Positions 26,601-34,367 of a stretch of DNA of 42,542 nt are shown here, piece by piece. A program made the translations under genes and the position numbers. The notes under the pieces are model-generated. The model was not told where the DNA came from, searched no databases, and saw only the letters and a list, made by a program, of their open reading frames with translations. The stretch is from NCBI GenBank assembly GCA_034659655.1, contig JAYEHT010000207.1, positions 1 through 42,542 on the forward strand, given 5' to 3'. The DNA comes from Candidatus Aerophobota bacterium (GTDB lineage: Bacteria; Aerophobota; Aerophobia; Aerophobales; JAGGXI01). Each line of letters opens with the position of its first letter. Positions within the stretch are counted from its first letter, which is position 1.

Positions 26601-29600
26601 CAGGTTTAAGTAATGCTCAATATTCTCTTGATAATGGCGCCAACTGGAATCCTTATCCTGGCTCAGTTTCCTTAGATACCACACCTTATCCAGGTTCGAC
26701 TGGTTTCTTAATTAAAGCCGATGTGGATAATAATATAGCTCCGGGTACCGTGCTTAGCAACACAGCCACAGTGAACTCTGATACTTATGACTCAAACCCC
26801 AACAATAACAAGGGAACCCAGGACACTACAGTCATCACCCCTATACTAACGATAACCAAGGACGATTACCCTGAGCCTGTTAAACCTGGGGAGACCCTGA
26901 CCTATACTTTAATCTATGAAAACACCGGGAATGCTGTTGCTCATAATGTGGTCATCACCGAGACTTATGATCCAAACGTTACCTTCTCCTCGGCCTCTCC
27001 CTTACCTGATAGTGGGACGAACAACACCTGGACAATCCCGAGCCTGTCGCCCACAGATGGACAGCAGACGATAACCATAGAAGTCAGCGTCATCTCACCA
27101 TTGGCTGATGGGACAATCCTGAATAACTATGTCACCATTAGCTGTGCTGAGGGTGTATCTGATGATGATAGTGAGGGGACAATAATTAACAGTGAGGCTA
27201 TCTTAATTTTGAGCAAAGCTGATTATCCTGACCCTGTTCCTGCTGGTAACTTATTGACCTATACTCTCACCTACCAAAATACGGGAACAGCTACCACCAC
27301 CGGAACTGTGATCACAGACACCCTCCCCAATGAGGTGACCTATGTTTCAGCAACCCCGGCACCAAGCTCAATATCGGGCAAAGTATTGACATGGGAGATT
27401 GGGGACCTTGCGCCTGATGGCTCACATACTATAACGATAGAAACTAGGGTCAACTCACCATTACCTGATGGTACAAAGATAAGAAATAGAGCCTCCATCA
27501 CCTCCAGCCTTGGAGTTGGCGCTGATGTTGAGGATACCACTGTTGTTTCAGCTCCCATCCTTAGCATCGAGAAGACAGATTCGCAAGACCCAGTAGAGGG
27601 TAGTGGTACATTAACCTACACCATAACCATAGCCAACAGTGGCAACGCTGATGCTACTAATGTGGTAGTGACTGAGACCTATGATGTGAACTTTGCATTC
27701 TCATCAGCCACGCCAGCCCCTGATGCTGGGACTAACAATCAGTGGACGTTTGCCATCATTGCTGCCGGGGCAAGTAAGACCATCACTATTACAGGAACCG
27801 CCCTTCTAAAAGGTGAAGCATCTCTAATCAATACGGTCTCCTTTACTTCAGATAATGCAGGAGGCGGAAGTGTAACCGAGACAACAGGCGTAATCTCGGC
27901 CAACCTGGAAGTTACCAAGACCGATACACCTGATCCAGTCATAGCCGGTAACATCTTATCTTATTCAATTACTGTAACCAACCTGGGTCCCTCTGATGCC
28001 CAGAACGTGGTGGTGAGCGAGAGCTATGATACAAACTTTATATTCTCATCAGCCACCCCAGCTCCTGATACGGGGACAGAAAATCAGTGGACCCTTGCCA
28101 CCATTGCTTCGGGCGCAACTGAGACCATCACCATTACCGGCACAGTTAGTGCCTCAGCCAGTGGCAGCCTGAGTAATACTGTTGCCCTTACATCTGATAC
28201 CGCTGATCCGAATACTACCAACAACACTGTGACTGAGCCGACTGCGGTCAACACCTCGGCTGACCTTCTTATGGAAAAGAGTGGTCCAGCTACAGGAACA
28301 GCCGGCACCAATATCACCTACACTCTCACCCTAACCAATCTCGGACCTTCAGATGCAGTAGATGTAAATGTTACAGATTCTATACCTATAGGAACCGAAT
28401 GGGTGAGTGATACCTCTCTTGGTGCCTATGATCCAGCAACCGGTATCTGGACTATCGGCAATCTCACTGCGGGGAGCACCACTTCCCTGGATATAACCGT
28501 CAAGATCCTTTCGGGAACCACAGATTCGCTAGTGAATACTGCTACGGTAAGTTCAATTACCGATGATCCTGATACAATTAATGATACTGCTTCGGTAACC
28601 ACGACTGTTAATACCTCAGCAGATGTTCTTATTACCAAGTCTGACTCCCCTGACCCGGTGATAGCCGGTGAGACATTAACCTATACCTTAACCATAGCCA
28701 ACAATGGGGGTCCATCTTCAGCCCTTAACATCTCTATTACAGATACATTACCGGCTGGAGTGACCTATGTCAGTGATACCTCAGGTGTAACACCGACTGT
28801 TTCAGGCAGTGATTACACCTGGAACTTTACCGGTACAAACTCAGGTCCTGCCGGTCTAACCGATGAGGATAAAGATAGCTTTGCTGATGACCTTACTCCT
28901 AATGCCAGCTTCTCCCTTACCATAACGGTAAAGGTGGATGCAAACTACACCGGAACAAGCCTCTCCAATACGGCCACGGTAAGTTCAGATACATATGATC
29001 CTAACCCTGCCAATAACAGTGCCACTGAGACAACTTATGTTTTACTTAAGCCAAGCCTCAGCATCGAAAAGCATGTCATACCATCTTCTGGTTATCCTGG
29101 TGATACTTTCACTTTTACCCTGGTAGTTAAGAATACTGGAGAAATTCTCGTGGATCCTGTTCCGGTTAGTGATACTGTGCCAGTTGCCCTTAGTCAGCCT
29201 TTTGAGGCAACTCCATCGGCAAGCAGTGTTGTGGGACAGAATATTAAGTGGGATAATGTTGGTCCTCTTGGTCCGGGAGACTCAGTGACTCTTACCTATA
29301 AAACTCAGGCTCAACCTGGATATACAGGAGTTTACTATAATACTGCGCGTGTAATGGGAACTACCCCGGAGGGTGAAATCATCACTCACGAGGCCAGGGT
29401 CCCGGTAACCATACTCAAATGCTCTCCTGCTTTGATAACAAAGAAAGAGATAGTAAAGATAAGTCCCGAGATTATAAGGTTTAGTTTTACCGTTCAAAAC
29501 GTGAGTAATTGTACTGCCTACAATATAGATATTAGCGATACCTTACCTTCTGGATTCAAATACCTCTCAGCAAGTACGTATCTTAGCTGGCCTGGGGGAA

Positions 29601-32600
29601 TTTATACCGAAGATCCTCAAATTAGCCAGGGGGGAAAAAGGCTTTTTTGGGAGAGCTCCATTACTCTGGCAGGAGGTGAGCCTGTGGGTGAGTCTCTGAA
29701 CTTGAGCTTTGATATAGTAGTAACTGATGAGGCAAAGCCAGGTGTTACCTATACCAATGCTGCCTGGGCCACAGGAGAGAATCAATGGGGAGACCCAATT
29801 GAGCCTACCACCGATGAGCCTGATGATACTGATCCCGATGATTACGACGAAGTAGAATTCACCATCGTCCTTCCACGACTTCCAAAGCTTGAGTTAGAAA
29901 AGACCCAAGCTATTATACCTCCACTTCCCTGCGAAGTAGCCAGGGCTGAGTTGGAGAAGGTCTGGTTCCAAACTGACATCTCTATGTATGCATCCACAGA
30001 ACTTCTTTTCACTGGCAAAGATTTCCTCCGGTGGGCAGAAAGAAAGGATTTAACCATTGATCCATTATCACTGCGGCCAACTGGAATATCTCTTCTCAGT
30101 GCCCAATCTCACAAGTATTCGGCGAATAATATTCGTAGTCTGGTTTTTGATTCCGGGATGGGACTTAACCTTCGCTATGGCCCCAGAATAGAGCAAATGG
30201 CTAGTAAAGAAAATGTCTCTAATGAAACTGCTCTGCAAAGACTTCTGGAGAAATACGCTCAAGCCGTCGGACTTGAAAAGCTTCCTGAAAATCCTTGGCT
30301 AATTTTTGCCCCTTACGAGGGGGGTGACCCCCGATATATCCAGGAGATGAAGCCCGAAGACTGGTCAACCCGAAGGTGGCAAGACTATGACCTCGATATA
30401 GTGCCCAGTGCTCTGGGTCAATCCCTGGTAAGAGAAGTCCTTTTAGCAAGAGAACTTTTGGCTTCTAATCATACCCAGGAGGGAAAAGAAGATATACAGG
30501 GTCAATATCTGGGTAAGGATGCCTTGAGTGGATATCTTGGTCTGGTGGTGATGGAAGAGACCGCTAACAAACTATTGTTATTAGAGAAGCTCTTAGCCCT
30601 TACCAGGGAAAAAGGATACTTCCCCCACCGAATAAAAGTTAAATTTGACCTTAAAGATAAGCCTATAGATTACACAATAACTGATTCCTCAAGTCATCTC
30701 TTTGACCAAATCTCGCTTCTCTGGGGGTTGCTTGAATTTAAACTTCTCTCAGATCCTAATATAAAAGATAATTATGATCGCCTCTTTGGGAAGGGTAAAA
30801 TGTTCTCATTGGCCTTGTATGAGCTCTCTTCCAAGCTGGCCGAGAAGGTTTTAGAGAATATCTACCAGATGCACTATAACAAAGATATAGGGAGTCTAAT
30901 TGAGGTAGTTCAGCCAAGCTCCCAGATTTCTCAGTCTCAATCTATCTCTACTACTCAAGCTGGTCTTTCTCTCCTGGTTTTAGAAAGAGCTTACCATGGT
31001 CTTTATGATGATCCTGTACTACAAAAAAGAATTAAGGAACTTGCGCTCAGGCAGAGTGGATTCTTACTTAATCATCTTAGGGCACCTGAAGGTGGTTTCT
31101 ATGATGGTTATAATCTGAAAAATAATAAAGTTATCTATGGGAAGAAAAGAAGCTTAGTTTCTCAAGTAGCCGCCATTAGAGGTCTTTTAGCTACCTACAA
31201 GCTCACCAGTGATGAAAAGTTAATAGAAGTTGCCAGAAAAGTATTTGATTACCTGGAAAAAAGATTCTGGAATGAGGACTTCAGAATTTACACCAGCGCG
31301 ACCAACTCCACCATTGGCTATCGTTATACTCCTTTAAATGTTGGTTTAACTATAGGAGCTTTAAGAGAGCTGATTTACCTATCAGATAAAGCTCAAGCTA
31401 TTCATATCTTCTCCAGGCTTACTGATTTCTTTCACAACATTCTGGAAGAGGCAGGTCTTGAGCTCTCCTGGGCCAACCTTGAGGGAAAATTACCTATAGT
31501 TCAAGATTCTGGTAGAAATCAGATTAGAGAAGTAGGAGTAATTGAGGCTTCCTTTGGGGTTGCTCCCGTGCTCCAGTCAGAAATTTATCTTATCCTCCCA
31601 CCAAGAGTAAGCTTGATTAATCTTTATGAGCGAGGTCCCTGTGAGGAGAGCCAGGCTATTCTGGAAGAACCCTGGTTCGTGACAGATGTGGCTATGTATG
31701 CTGCTATAGAACTGGGGAAATATCCAGAGGAAGGGATTGGCAAGAAGATGAGAGAGTATTCAGATCTTAACCTCACCACCCTTACTCTCTCTTCCGGTAT
31801 GGGGCTACCCCTTAAATATGGACCTCTACTTTTGAACAAAGCAGAAATGAAAGGAGTCTCGGCGGAAGAGCAACTGGAGAAAGATCTTCAAGAATATGCT
31901 CGTTTGAGCAATTTAAAAGATAGGCCCAATGATTTATCTTATATATTCGCTGAATATGCTTCGGGAGATCCCCATATCAAAGAACCAAAAGCACTCAGGT
32001 GGAATCCAGACACCTTGGATAAGACTCTTAGGATGAGTGCTTTGGGAATGACTCTGGTAAAACAGGTGCTTTCTGTCAGGAATCTTCTCCTCACCAATCA
32101 TACACTTGATAATCAAGAGGACCCAGCCGGACCGTATCTGGGGAGAAGCAACCTTAAGGGTTATCTGGGACTGGTTTTAACCGCCGAAATGGTCAACAAG
32201 CTAAAGTTTTTAGAAAAACTTTTCACACTTTCTCCTCAAGGAGAGTACTTACCTCATCTGGTGAAGGTCACCTTTGATGATGAAGGAAGACCGCTGGACT
32301 ACCAGATAATCGATGCATCGAGTGACCTTTTTGATCAGCTCTCCCTCCTCTGGGGATCAAGTGAACTCAGAAGATTTGCTGATCCTAAGATAGAGGATAA
32401 CTATAATAAGCTTTTTGGTGAAGGCAAACTTTTTCCCTCTGAATCTTATGAGCTTTCTACCAGCCTTGCCCGGCTTGTCTTTGAGAACCTCCTGAAAATG
32501 CATTACGATAAAGATTTAGGGACATTGGTAGATAGAGCTGTCGAAGGAGAGAAGATGCGGCGAATTTCCACCATAAACGCTGGTCTTGCCATCCTGGCAC

Positions 32601-33583
32601 TTAGAAGTTTTTACGATAGCTTTGCTGATGAACCTGAACTTCAAAAAGAGGCGAAGAATCTTATAACCTCACAAACTAAGTTTATTATAGAGAAGCTAAA
32701 GGATAAGAGAGGTGGTTTCTACAGTAGCTATGAGGAATCCGGCTTGCAATCTGAACCTTTAGTGGGGGATAAAACTCTCGCTTCCCAATCAGCAGCTATC
32801 AGGGGACTCCTCACCGCCTACCGGTTGACCAAAGACAAAAAATATCTGGAACAGGCAGAAAAGGCATTTGATTACTTACAGGCCAACTTCTGGGATAAGA
32901 ATCTCGAGGTCTATAAGAATAAACCTGAGGAAATAGCCGAAGAGCTCGGATATTCCTATTCCCCTCTGGATGCGGGTCTTACTACAGGAGCCTTAGAAGA
33001 TCTTGCCAGTCTTTCTTCACCCATTAAGGCTGACCTTATTCGCCTCTATCTTACTAAATTCCTCCAGAAAGTGGTTGATAAAGCAGGTCTACAGCTACCC
33101 GGGCGAAGAACTATTCGCCTCTTAACTCCCTATCCTCGGATAGAAGAAGAATACTTTGCTCCGGTCATGGCCTCTCGAATAAGTTTAACTAGTCTTATTA
33201 GAAAGATTAGGAAAAAATTTGCTCAACCCGAAGATATCATTATATACACTATTACTGTTAAAAATTTAGGAGAAGACATCGCTTATAATGTGGTAGTAAA
33301 GGATATCTTACCTCTCGGGGTAACTTACATCGCCTCCGAGCCGGAAGCCAGTGTGAAGGGTAGAGAGTTGAACTGGAGCCTGGGAGAGATTTCGCCAGTC
33401 TCTCCTCCTTTACATATTAAAGTTTTAGTTGCTGTTTCTTCAGAGATTTCCCAGGGTACTCACCTGCGAAACTGTGCTATTATAAGCTACACTGACAGTG
33501 AAGGTAGATACCAGCCAGTGAAGGAAGCCTGTGTAGAGGCTGAAGTTCGAGGAAAGATAGTAACCAGCTTTCCCGCCTATTAA
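20615..33583 (+). CDS. Giant (4322 aa) secreted/surface protein: signal-anchor, Ig-like units, WPxSW-type domain, more than 20 DUF11-type repeats, two tandem helix-rich toroid-like modules, terminal DUF11 repeat
   Basis: A single uninterrupted 12969-nt ORF with AGGAGG 8 nt upstream of the ATG and an N-terminal hydrophobic segment (LSFLFTGIITFFLLPALF). The recurrent motif is (T/S)K(T/A)D.PDPV..G..LTYT(I/L)T..N.G. See the sub-features below. Confidence 0.9.
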   Translation: MKMRSNMVSAFAKKNLPFRFHKHLSFLFTGIITFFLLPALFTQIGFSQVRITGPTELTACSQAIFTIEIKNEGQVSACNVIVSAEIPPGFDYIEDDQGASLADDTLIWTIGQLEAGDRWVDYLTLRATPETAKPSAKENRLAITVTYDYCPAEGINDFSEGPVYSSPVKVSSPEFARRLAGHKVGQHKVPPTVEVEMTVTADIPSPIENAKLIDYFPADWTILNSGGGQVDPVNHTITWDLGILSDSVSQSYTILSPQKTLPPTKYLFHSELVSGDCTTASADWTVVVADPTDWPDSWITIDQDLNENGTEDDLRDVKTAFYNYDENYLYLRLCLYGTPDFAGPSRYKWFFDLGVGDNLYISGNNILGTEYLLFVEDTNNDGTGEVYLLDAHGYDRFREYEPNIYKTNPGPITDPTIAGYRFDGNCVDLYIKLSELKVDGVGRSNPSGINLTWATDQENPNLEQAPITDRANTSDVPIHIAPVIDVTKTDSPDPVETGQNITYTVTITNSGNIDVLDDPNSNEFEDSIPENTTYATGSIIVNGTPNDDDISDGIGYDSVNNKIIWNGIVPAGGSVTISFQVTVKSPLPNGTQISNQGFVWWDSDGDGVNDAYEPTDDPLTTEDNDPTITTVHSAPLLMITKDDWPDPVKPGETLTYTIIYQNIGNGVAHNVVITETYDANVTFSSASPSPDSGTNNRWTIASLSPADGQQTVTINVTVNANEGTTLHNYVNITCDEGIFEDDTEETKVSSAILILSKADNPDPVPAGELLSYTLTYQNMATDNVTETVITDTLPYEVSYVSASPAPNSTSDGTLTWNIGKLAPGASGNITITVRVNTPIDSGTVITDNVTITGYLGGAEKVGTDVEETTIISAPIIAVEKTDSPDPVEAGGTLTYNITVTNSGNADATGVSVVDDYNETILTITDAGGGVDNGDTITWDGGITIPAAGSVSYAVTAKVASPLDNGIKLFNTVSVDCDQGVTASTTEITTVHSAPLLMITKDDRPDPVKPGETLTYTLTYQNTGNEVAHDVVIADYLPADVTYISASGTLSFSDRTLTWDIGDLSPQVGEQTLTINVTVNSPLPDGTTLENTANIWCSQDVGSYITESTTVHSAPLLMITKDDRPDPVKPGETLTYTLIYENTGNAVAHNVVITETYDPNVTFSSASPLPDSGTNNTWTIPSLSPTDGQQTITIEVSVISPLADGTILNNYVTISCAEGVSDDDSEGTIINSEAILILSKADYPDPVPAGNLLTYTLTYQNTGTATTTGTVITDTLPNEVTYVSATPAPSSISGKVLTWEIGDLAPDGSHTITIETRVNSPLPDGTKIRNRASITSSLGVGADVEDTTVVSAPILSIEKTDSQDPVEGSGTLTYTITIANSGNADATNVVVTETYDVNFAFSSATPAPDAGTNNQWTFAIIAAGASKTITITGTALLKGEASLINTVSFTSDNAGGGSVTETTGVISANLEVTKTDTPDPVIAGNILSYSITVTNLGPSDAQNVVVSESYDTNFIFSSATPAPDTGTENQWTLATIASGATETITITGTVSASASGSLSNTVALTSDTADPNTDNNTVTEPTVVNTSADLLMEKSGPATGTAGTNITYTLTVTNLGPSDAVDVSVTDSIPTGTEWVSDTSLGAYDPATGVWTIGNLTAGSTTSLDITVKILSGTTDSLVNAAVVSTTTSDPDTTNDTASVTTTVNTSADLSITKIDSPDPVIAGTELTYTITVTNLGPSDAQDVVVTDPLPEELNNAQYSTDNGLTWSPYTGSVSLGTLTSGGEVSFLIKANVDPAVAQDTVLSNTTTVSSVTPDSDSTNNSATEPTTVNTSADLIMAKTGPTSGTAGETITYALTVTNNGPSDALEVAVTDAIPTGTEWVSDTSGGAYTPATGIWTIGKLAAGSSVSLDITVKILSGTTDSLVNTAVVSTTTFDPDTTNNEAAVSTTVNTSADLVISKSDSPDPVVAGETLTYTLKVTNNGPSDAQNVVVTDTLPAGLSNAQYSLDNGANWNPYPGSVSLDTTPYPGSTGFLIKADVDNNIAPGTVLSNTATVNSDTYDSNPNNNKGTQDTTVITPILTITKDDYPEPVKPGETLTYTLIYENTGNAVAHNVVITETYDPNVTFSSASPLPDSGTNNTWTIPSLSPTDGQQTITIEVSVISPLADGTILNNYVTISCAEGVSDDDSEGTIINSEAILILSKADYPDPVPAGNLLTYTLTYQNTGTATTTGTVITDTLPNEVTYVSATPAPSSISGKVLTWEIGDLAPDGSHTITIETRVNSPLPDGTKIRNRASITSSLGVGADVEDTTVVSAPILSIEKTDSQDPVEGSGTLTYTITIANSGNADATNVVVTETYDVNFAFSSATPAPDAGTNNQWTFAIIAAGASKTITITGTALLKGEASLINTVSFTSDNAGGGSVTETTGVISANLEVTKTDTPDPVIAGNILSYSITVTNLGPSDAQNVVVSESYDTNFIFSSATPAPDTGTENQWTLATIASGATETITITGTVSASASGSLSNTVALTSDTADPNTTNNTVTEPTAVNTSADLLMEKSGPATGTAGTNITYTLTLTNLGPSDAVDVNVTDSIPIGTEWVSDTSLGAYDPATGIWTIGNLTAGSTTSLDITVKILSGTTDSLVNTATVSSITDDPDTINDTASVTTTVNTSADVLITKSDSPDPVIAGETLTYTLTIANNGGPSSALNISITDTLPAGVTYVSDTSGVTPTVSGSDYTWNFTGTNSGPAGLTDEDKDSFADDLTPNASFSLTITVKVDANYTGTSLSNTATVSSDTYDPNPANNSATETTYVLLKPSLSIEKHVIPSSGYPGDTFTFTLVVKNTGEILVDPVPVSDTVPVALSQPFEATPSASSVVGQNIKWDNVGPLGPGDSVTLTYKTQAQPGYTGVYYNTARVMGTTPEGEIITHEARVPVTILKCSPALITKKEIVKISPEIIRFSFTVQNVSNCTAYNIDISDTLPSGFKYLSASTYLSWPGGIYTEDPQISQGGKRLFWESSITLAGGEPVGESLNLSFDIVVTDEAKPGVTYTNAAWATGENQWGDPIEPTTDEPDDTDPDDYDEVEFTIVLPRLPKLELEKTQAIIPPLPCEVARAELEKVWFQTDISMYASTELLFTGKDFLRWAERKDLTIDPLSLRPTGISLLSAQSHKYSANNIRSLVFDSGMGLNLRYGPRIEQMASKENVSNETALQRLLEKYAQAVGLEKLPENPWLIFAPYEGGDPRYIQEMKPEDWSTRRWQDYDLDIVPSALGQSLVREVLLARELLASNHTQEGKEDIQGQYLGKDALSGYLGLVVMEETANKLLLLEKLLALTREKGYFPHRIKVKFDLKDKPIDYTITDSSSHLFDQISLLWGLLEFKLLSDPNIKDNYDRLFGKGKMFSLALYELSSKLAEKVLENIYQMHYNKDIGSLIEVVQPSSQISQSQSISTTQAGLSLLVLERAYHGLYDDPVLQKRIKELALRQSGFLLNHLRAPEGGFYDGYNLKNNKVIYGKKRSLVSQVAAIRGLLATYKLTSDEKLIEVARKVFDYLEKRFWNEDFRIYTSATNSTIGYRYTPLNVGLTIGALRELIYLSDKAQAIHIFSRLTDFFHNILEEAGLELSWANLEGKLPIVQDSGRNQIREVGVIEASFGVAPVLQSEIYLILPPRVSLINLYERGPCEESQAILEEPWFVTDVAMYAAIELGKYPEEGIGKKMREYSDLNLTTLTLSSGMGLPLKYGPLLLNKAEMKGVSAEEQLEKDLQEYARLSNLKDRPNDLSYIFAEYASGDPHIKEPKALRWNPDTLDKTLRMSALGMTLVKQVLSVRNLLLTNHTLDNQEDPAGPYLGRSNLKGYLGLVLTAEMVNKLKFLEKLFTLSPQGEYLPHLVKVTFDDEGRPLDYQIIDASSDLFDQLSLLWGSSELRRFADPKIEDNYNKLFGEGKLFPSESYELSTSLARLVFENLLKMHYDKDLGTLVDRAVEGEKMRRISTINAGLAILALRSFYDSFADEPELQKEAKNLITSQTKFIIEKLKDKRGGFYSSYEESGLQSEPLVGDKTLASQSAAIRGLLTAYRLTKDKKYLEQAEKAFDYLQANFWDKNLEVYKNKPEEIAEELGYSYSPLDAGLTTGALEDLASLSSPIKADLIRLYLTKFLQKVVDKAGLQLPGRRTIRLLTPYPRIEEEYFAPVMASRISLTSLIRKIRKKFAQPEDIIIYTITVKNLGEDIAYNVVVKDILPLGVTYIASEPEASVKGRELNWSLGEISPVSPPLHIKVLVAVSSEISQGTHLRNCAIISYTDSEGRYQPVKEACVEAEVRGKIVTSFPAY
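23999..25330 (+). repeat. Intragenic direct repeat, copy 1 (1332 bp)
   Basis: Compared line by line with 26885-28216 (offset 2886 nt = 962 codons). I found one difference, at 24066 (T versus C). Confidence 0.95.
26885..28216 (+). repeat. Intragenic direct repeat, copy 2 (1332 bp)
   Basis: See copy 1. The identical antisense ORFs in the track (24454/27340, 24853/27739) confirm the 2886-nt offset. Confidence 0.95.
29888..31475 (+). other. Helix-rich toroid-like module 1 of the giant protein (residues about 3092-3620)
   Basis: It is paralogous to module 2, with helix-pair motifs DSSSHLFDQISLLWG, ISTTQAGLSLLVL, GGFYDGY, SQVAAIRGLLATYKLTSDEK, FDYLEKRFWNED and YTPLNVGLTIGAL. The fold assignment is inference. 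Confidence 0.45.
31613..33110 (+). other. Helix-rich toroid-like module 2 of the giant protein (residues about 3667-4165)
   Basis: Motifs DASSDLFDQLSLLWG, ISTINAGLAILAL, GGFYSSY, SQSAAIRGLLTAYRLTKDKK, FDYLQANFWDKN and YSPLDAGLTTGAL. The fold assignment is inference. Confidence 0.45.
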
Positions 33584-33758
33584 TCCATTAATTATTGGCG
33601 AGTGAACTCCAAAAATTGTCCGATGATTCTTAGCAACTCCTATCAAAGACAGAACACTGAAACCGAGATGGACGAAGTGTTATCCTTTTTAAAGTCGGAG
33701 TGGAGTAATCCAATGGTTTTCCTGGGAAATTTTCTTAAAGAAAAGGGGGATTATGTAA

Positions 33759-34316
33759 ATGAAAAAGATAACCTGGTTAGTAGTCTTAATCCTGGTCGTT
33801 AATGGAGGCTTTGTTGTCAGAGCTCTTCCAGCTCAAGAGACCTCGCCACCAGACATAGAGTTTTCTGAAGAGCTGTGGGATTTTGGAACTATCAAGGAGG
33901 GAGAAAAGGTAACCCATACGTTTGAGGTGAGGAATTTAGGAGGGGCTAAACTTGTGATCGGTAAAGTAAGAACTTCTTGTGGATGTGCGGCTGCCCTGGT
34001 TTCTTCGCAAGAGGTTGCTCCGGGTGGGAGTGGTCAAATCAAAGTAATTTTCGACTCCTCGGGATATAAAGGGAAGATTAGTAAGAACATTTATGTTGAA
34101 TCAAATGATCCTGACGAACTTCGAAAAGTACTTACCATAAAGGCAAATGTTGAGGTCTCACCAAAACCCACTATTAAATTAATGGAAAATAGCTGGGATT
34201 TTGGATTGATTACTGAAGGGAGGAAGCTTACATACATCCTCTCAGTAAAAAATACGGGCGAACAAGAATTAGTGGTTAGCAAGATAAGCACATCTTCTCA
34301 TTATACTCATTTTTGA
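33759..34316 (+). CDS. DUF1573-repeat protein, 5' portion (signal peptide, one complete DUF1573 unit, a second unit cut by a stop)
   Basis: Signal peptide MKKITWLVVLILVV. The first unit is WDFGTIKEGEKVTHTFEVRNLGGAKLVIGKVRTSCGCAAA...YVESNDP. The second unit starts WDFGLITEGRKLTYILSVKNTGEQELVVSKISTS and then hits TGA at 34314. Confidence 0.65.
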   Translation: MKKITWLVVLILVVNGGFVVRALPAQETSPPDIEFSEELWDFGTIKEGEKVTHTFEVRNLGGAKLVIGKVRTSCGCAAALVSSQEVAPGGSGQIKVIFDSSGYKGKISKNIYVESNDPDELRKVLTIKANVEVSPKPTIKLMENSWDFGLITEGRKLTYILSVKNTGEQELVVSKISTSSHYTHF

Positions 34317-34367
34317 GGAGATCTCAAATCAAAGTATGACAAATTATTTTTTTTCTGAGTCCCATAA

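Larger units (their letters stand above)
22061..29870 (+). repeat. Coding tandem array of DUF11-type (conserved repeat domain) Ig-like units, period about 330-370 nt
   Basis: I counted at least 21 units by the PDPV..G..LTY.(I/L)...N.G core. Several sub-types recur in the order A (VHSAPLLMITKDD.PDPVKPGETL), B (ILILSKAD.PDPVPAG), C (SAPI..(I/V)EKTDS.DPVE) and D/E (NTSADL...). Confidence 0.8.

Noticed and set aside
22061-29870. Periodic repeats that could superficially suggest a CRISPR or other non-coding array.
   Set aside because: The period is about 330-370 nt, the units are divergent protein-coding Ig-like repeats in one frame, and there is no short conserved repeat / unique spacer structure.
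29930-31642. The conserved P-C-E motif at the start of each toroid-like module as a possible thioester site (as in CGEQ of alpha-2-macroglobulin TED domains).
   Set aside because: The sequences are PCEVAR and PCEESQ. There is no conserved Gln at the i+3 position, and the Cys lies about 200 residues upstream of the clearest toroid helices.
21681-32116. Many antisense and off-frame ORFs inside the giant gene (for example 23042-23698 minus, 218 aa, and the identical pairs 24454/27340 and 24853/27739).
   Set aside because: They lie entirely within a 12969-nt uninterrupted ORF that has clear domain homology. Their products are low-complexity mirror images of the Thr/Val/Pro/Gly-rich repeats, and their duplication simply reflects the 2886-nt intragenic repeat.
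33602-33802. A 66-aa ORF overlapping the start of the DUF1573 gene.
   Set aside because: It has a non-ATG start and no SD. It overlaps a gene that has a clear signal peptide and SD.
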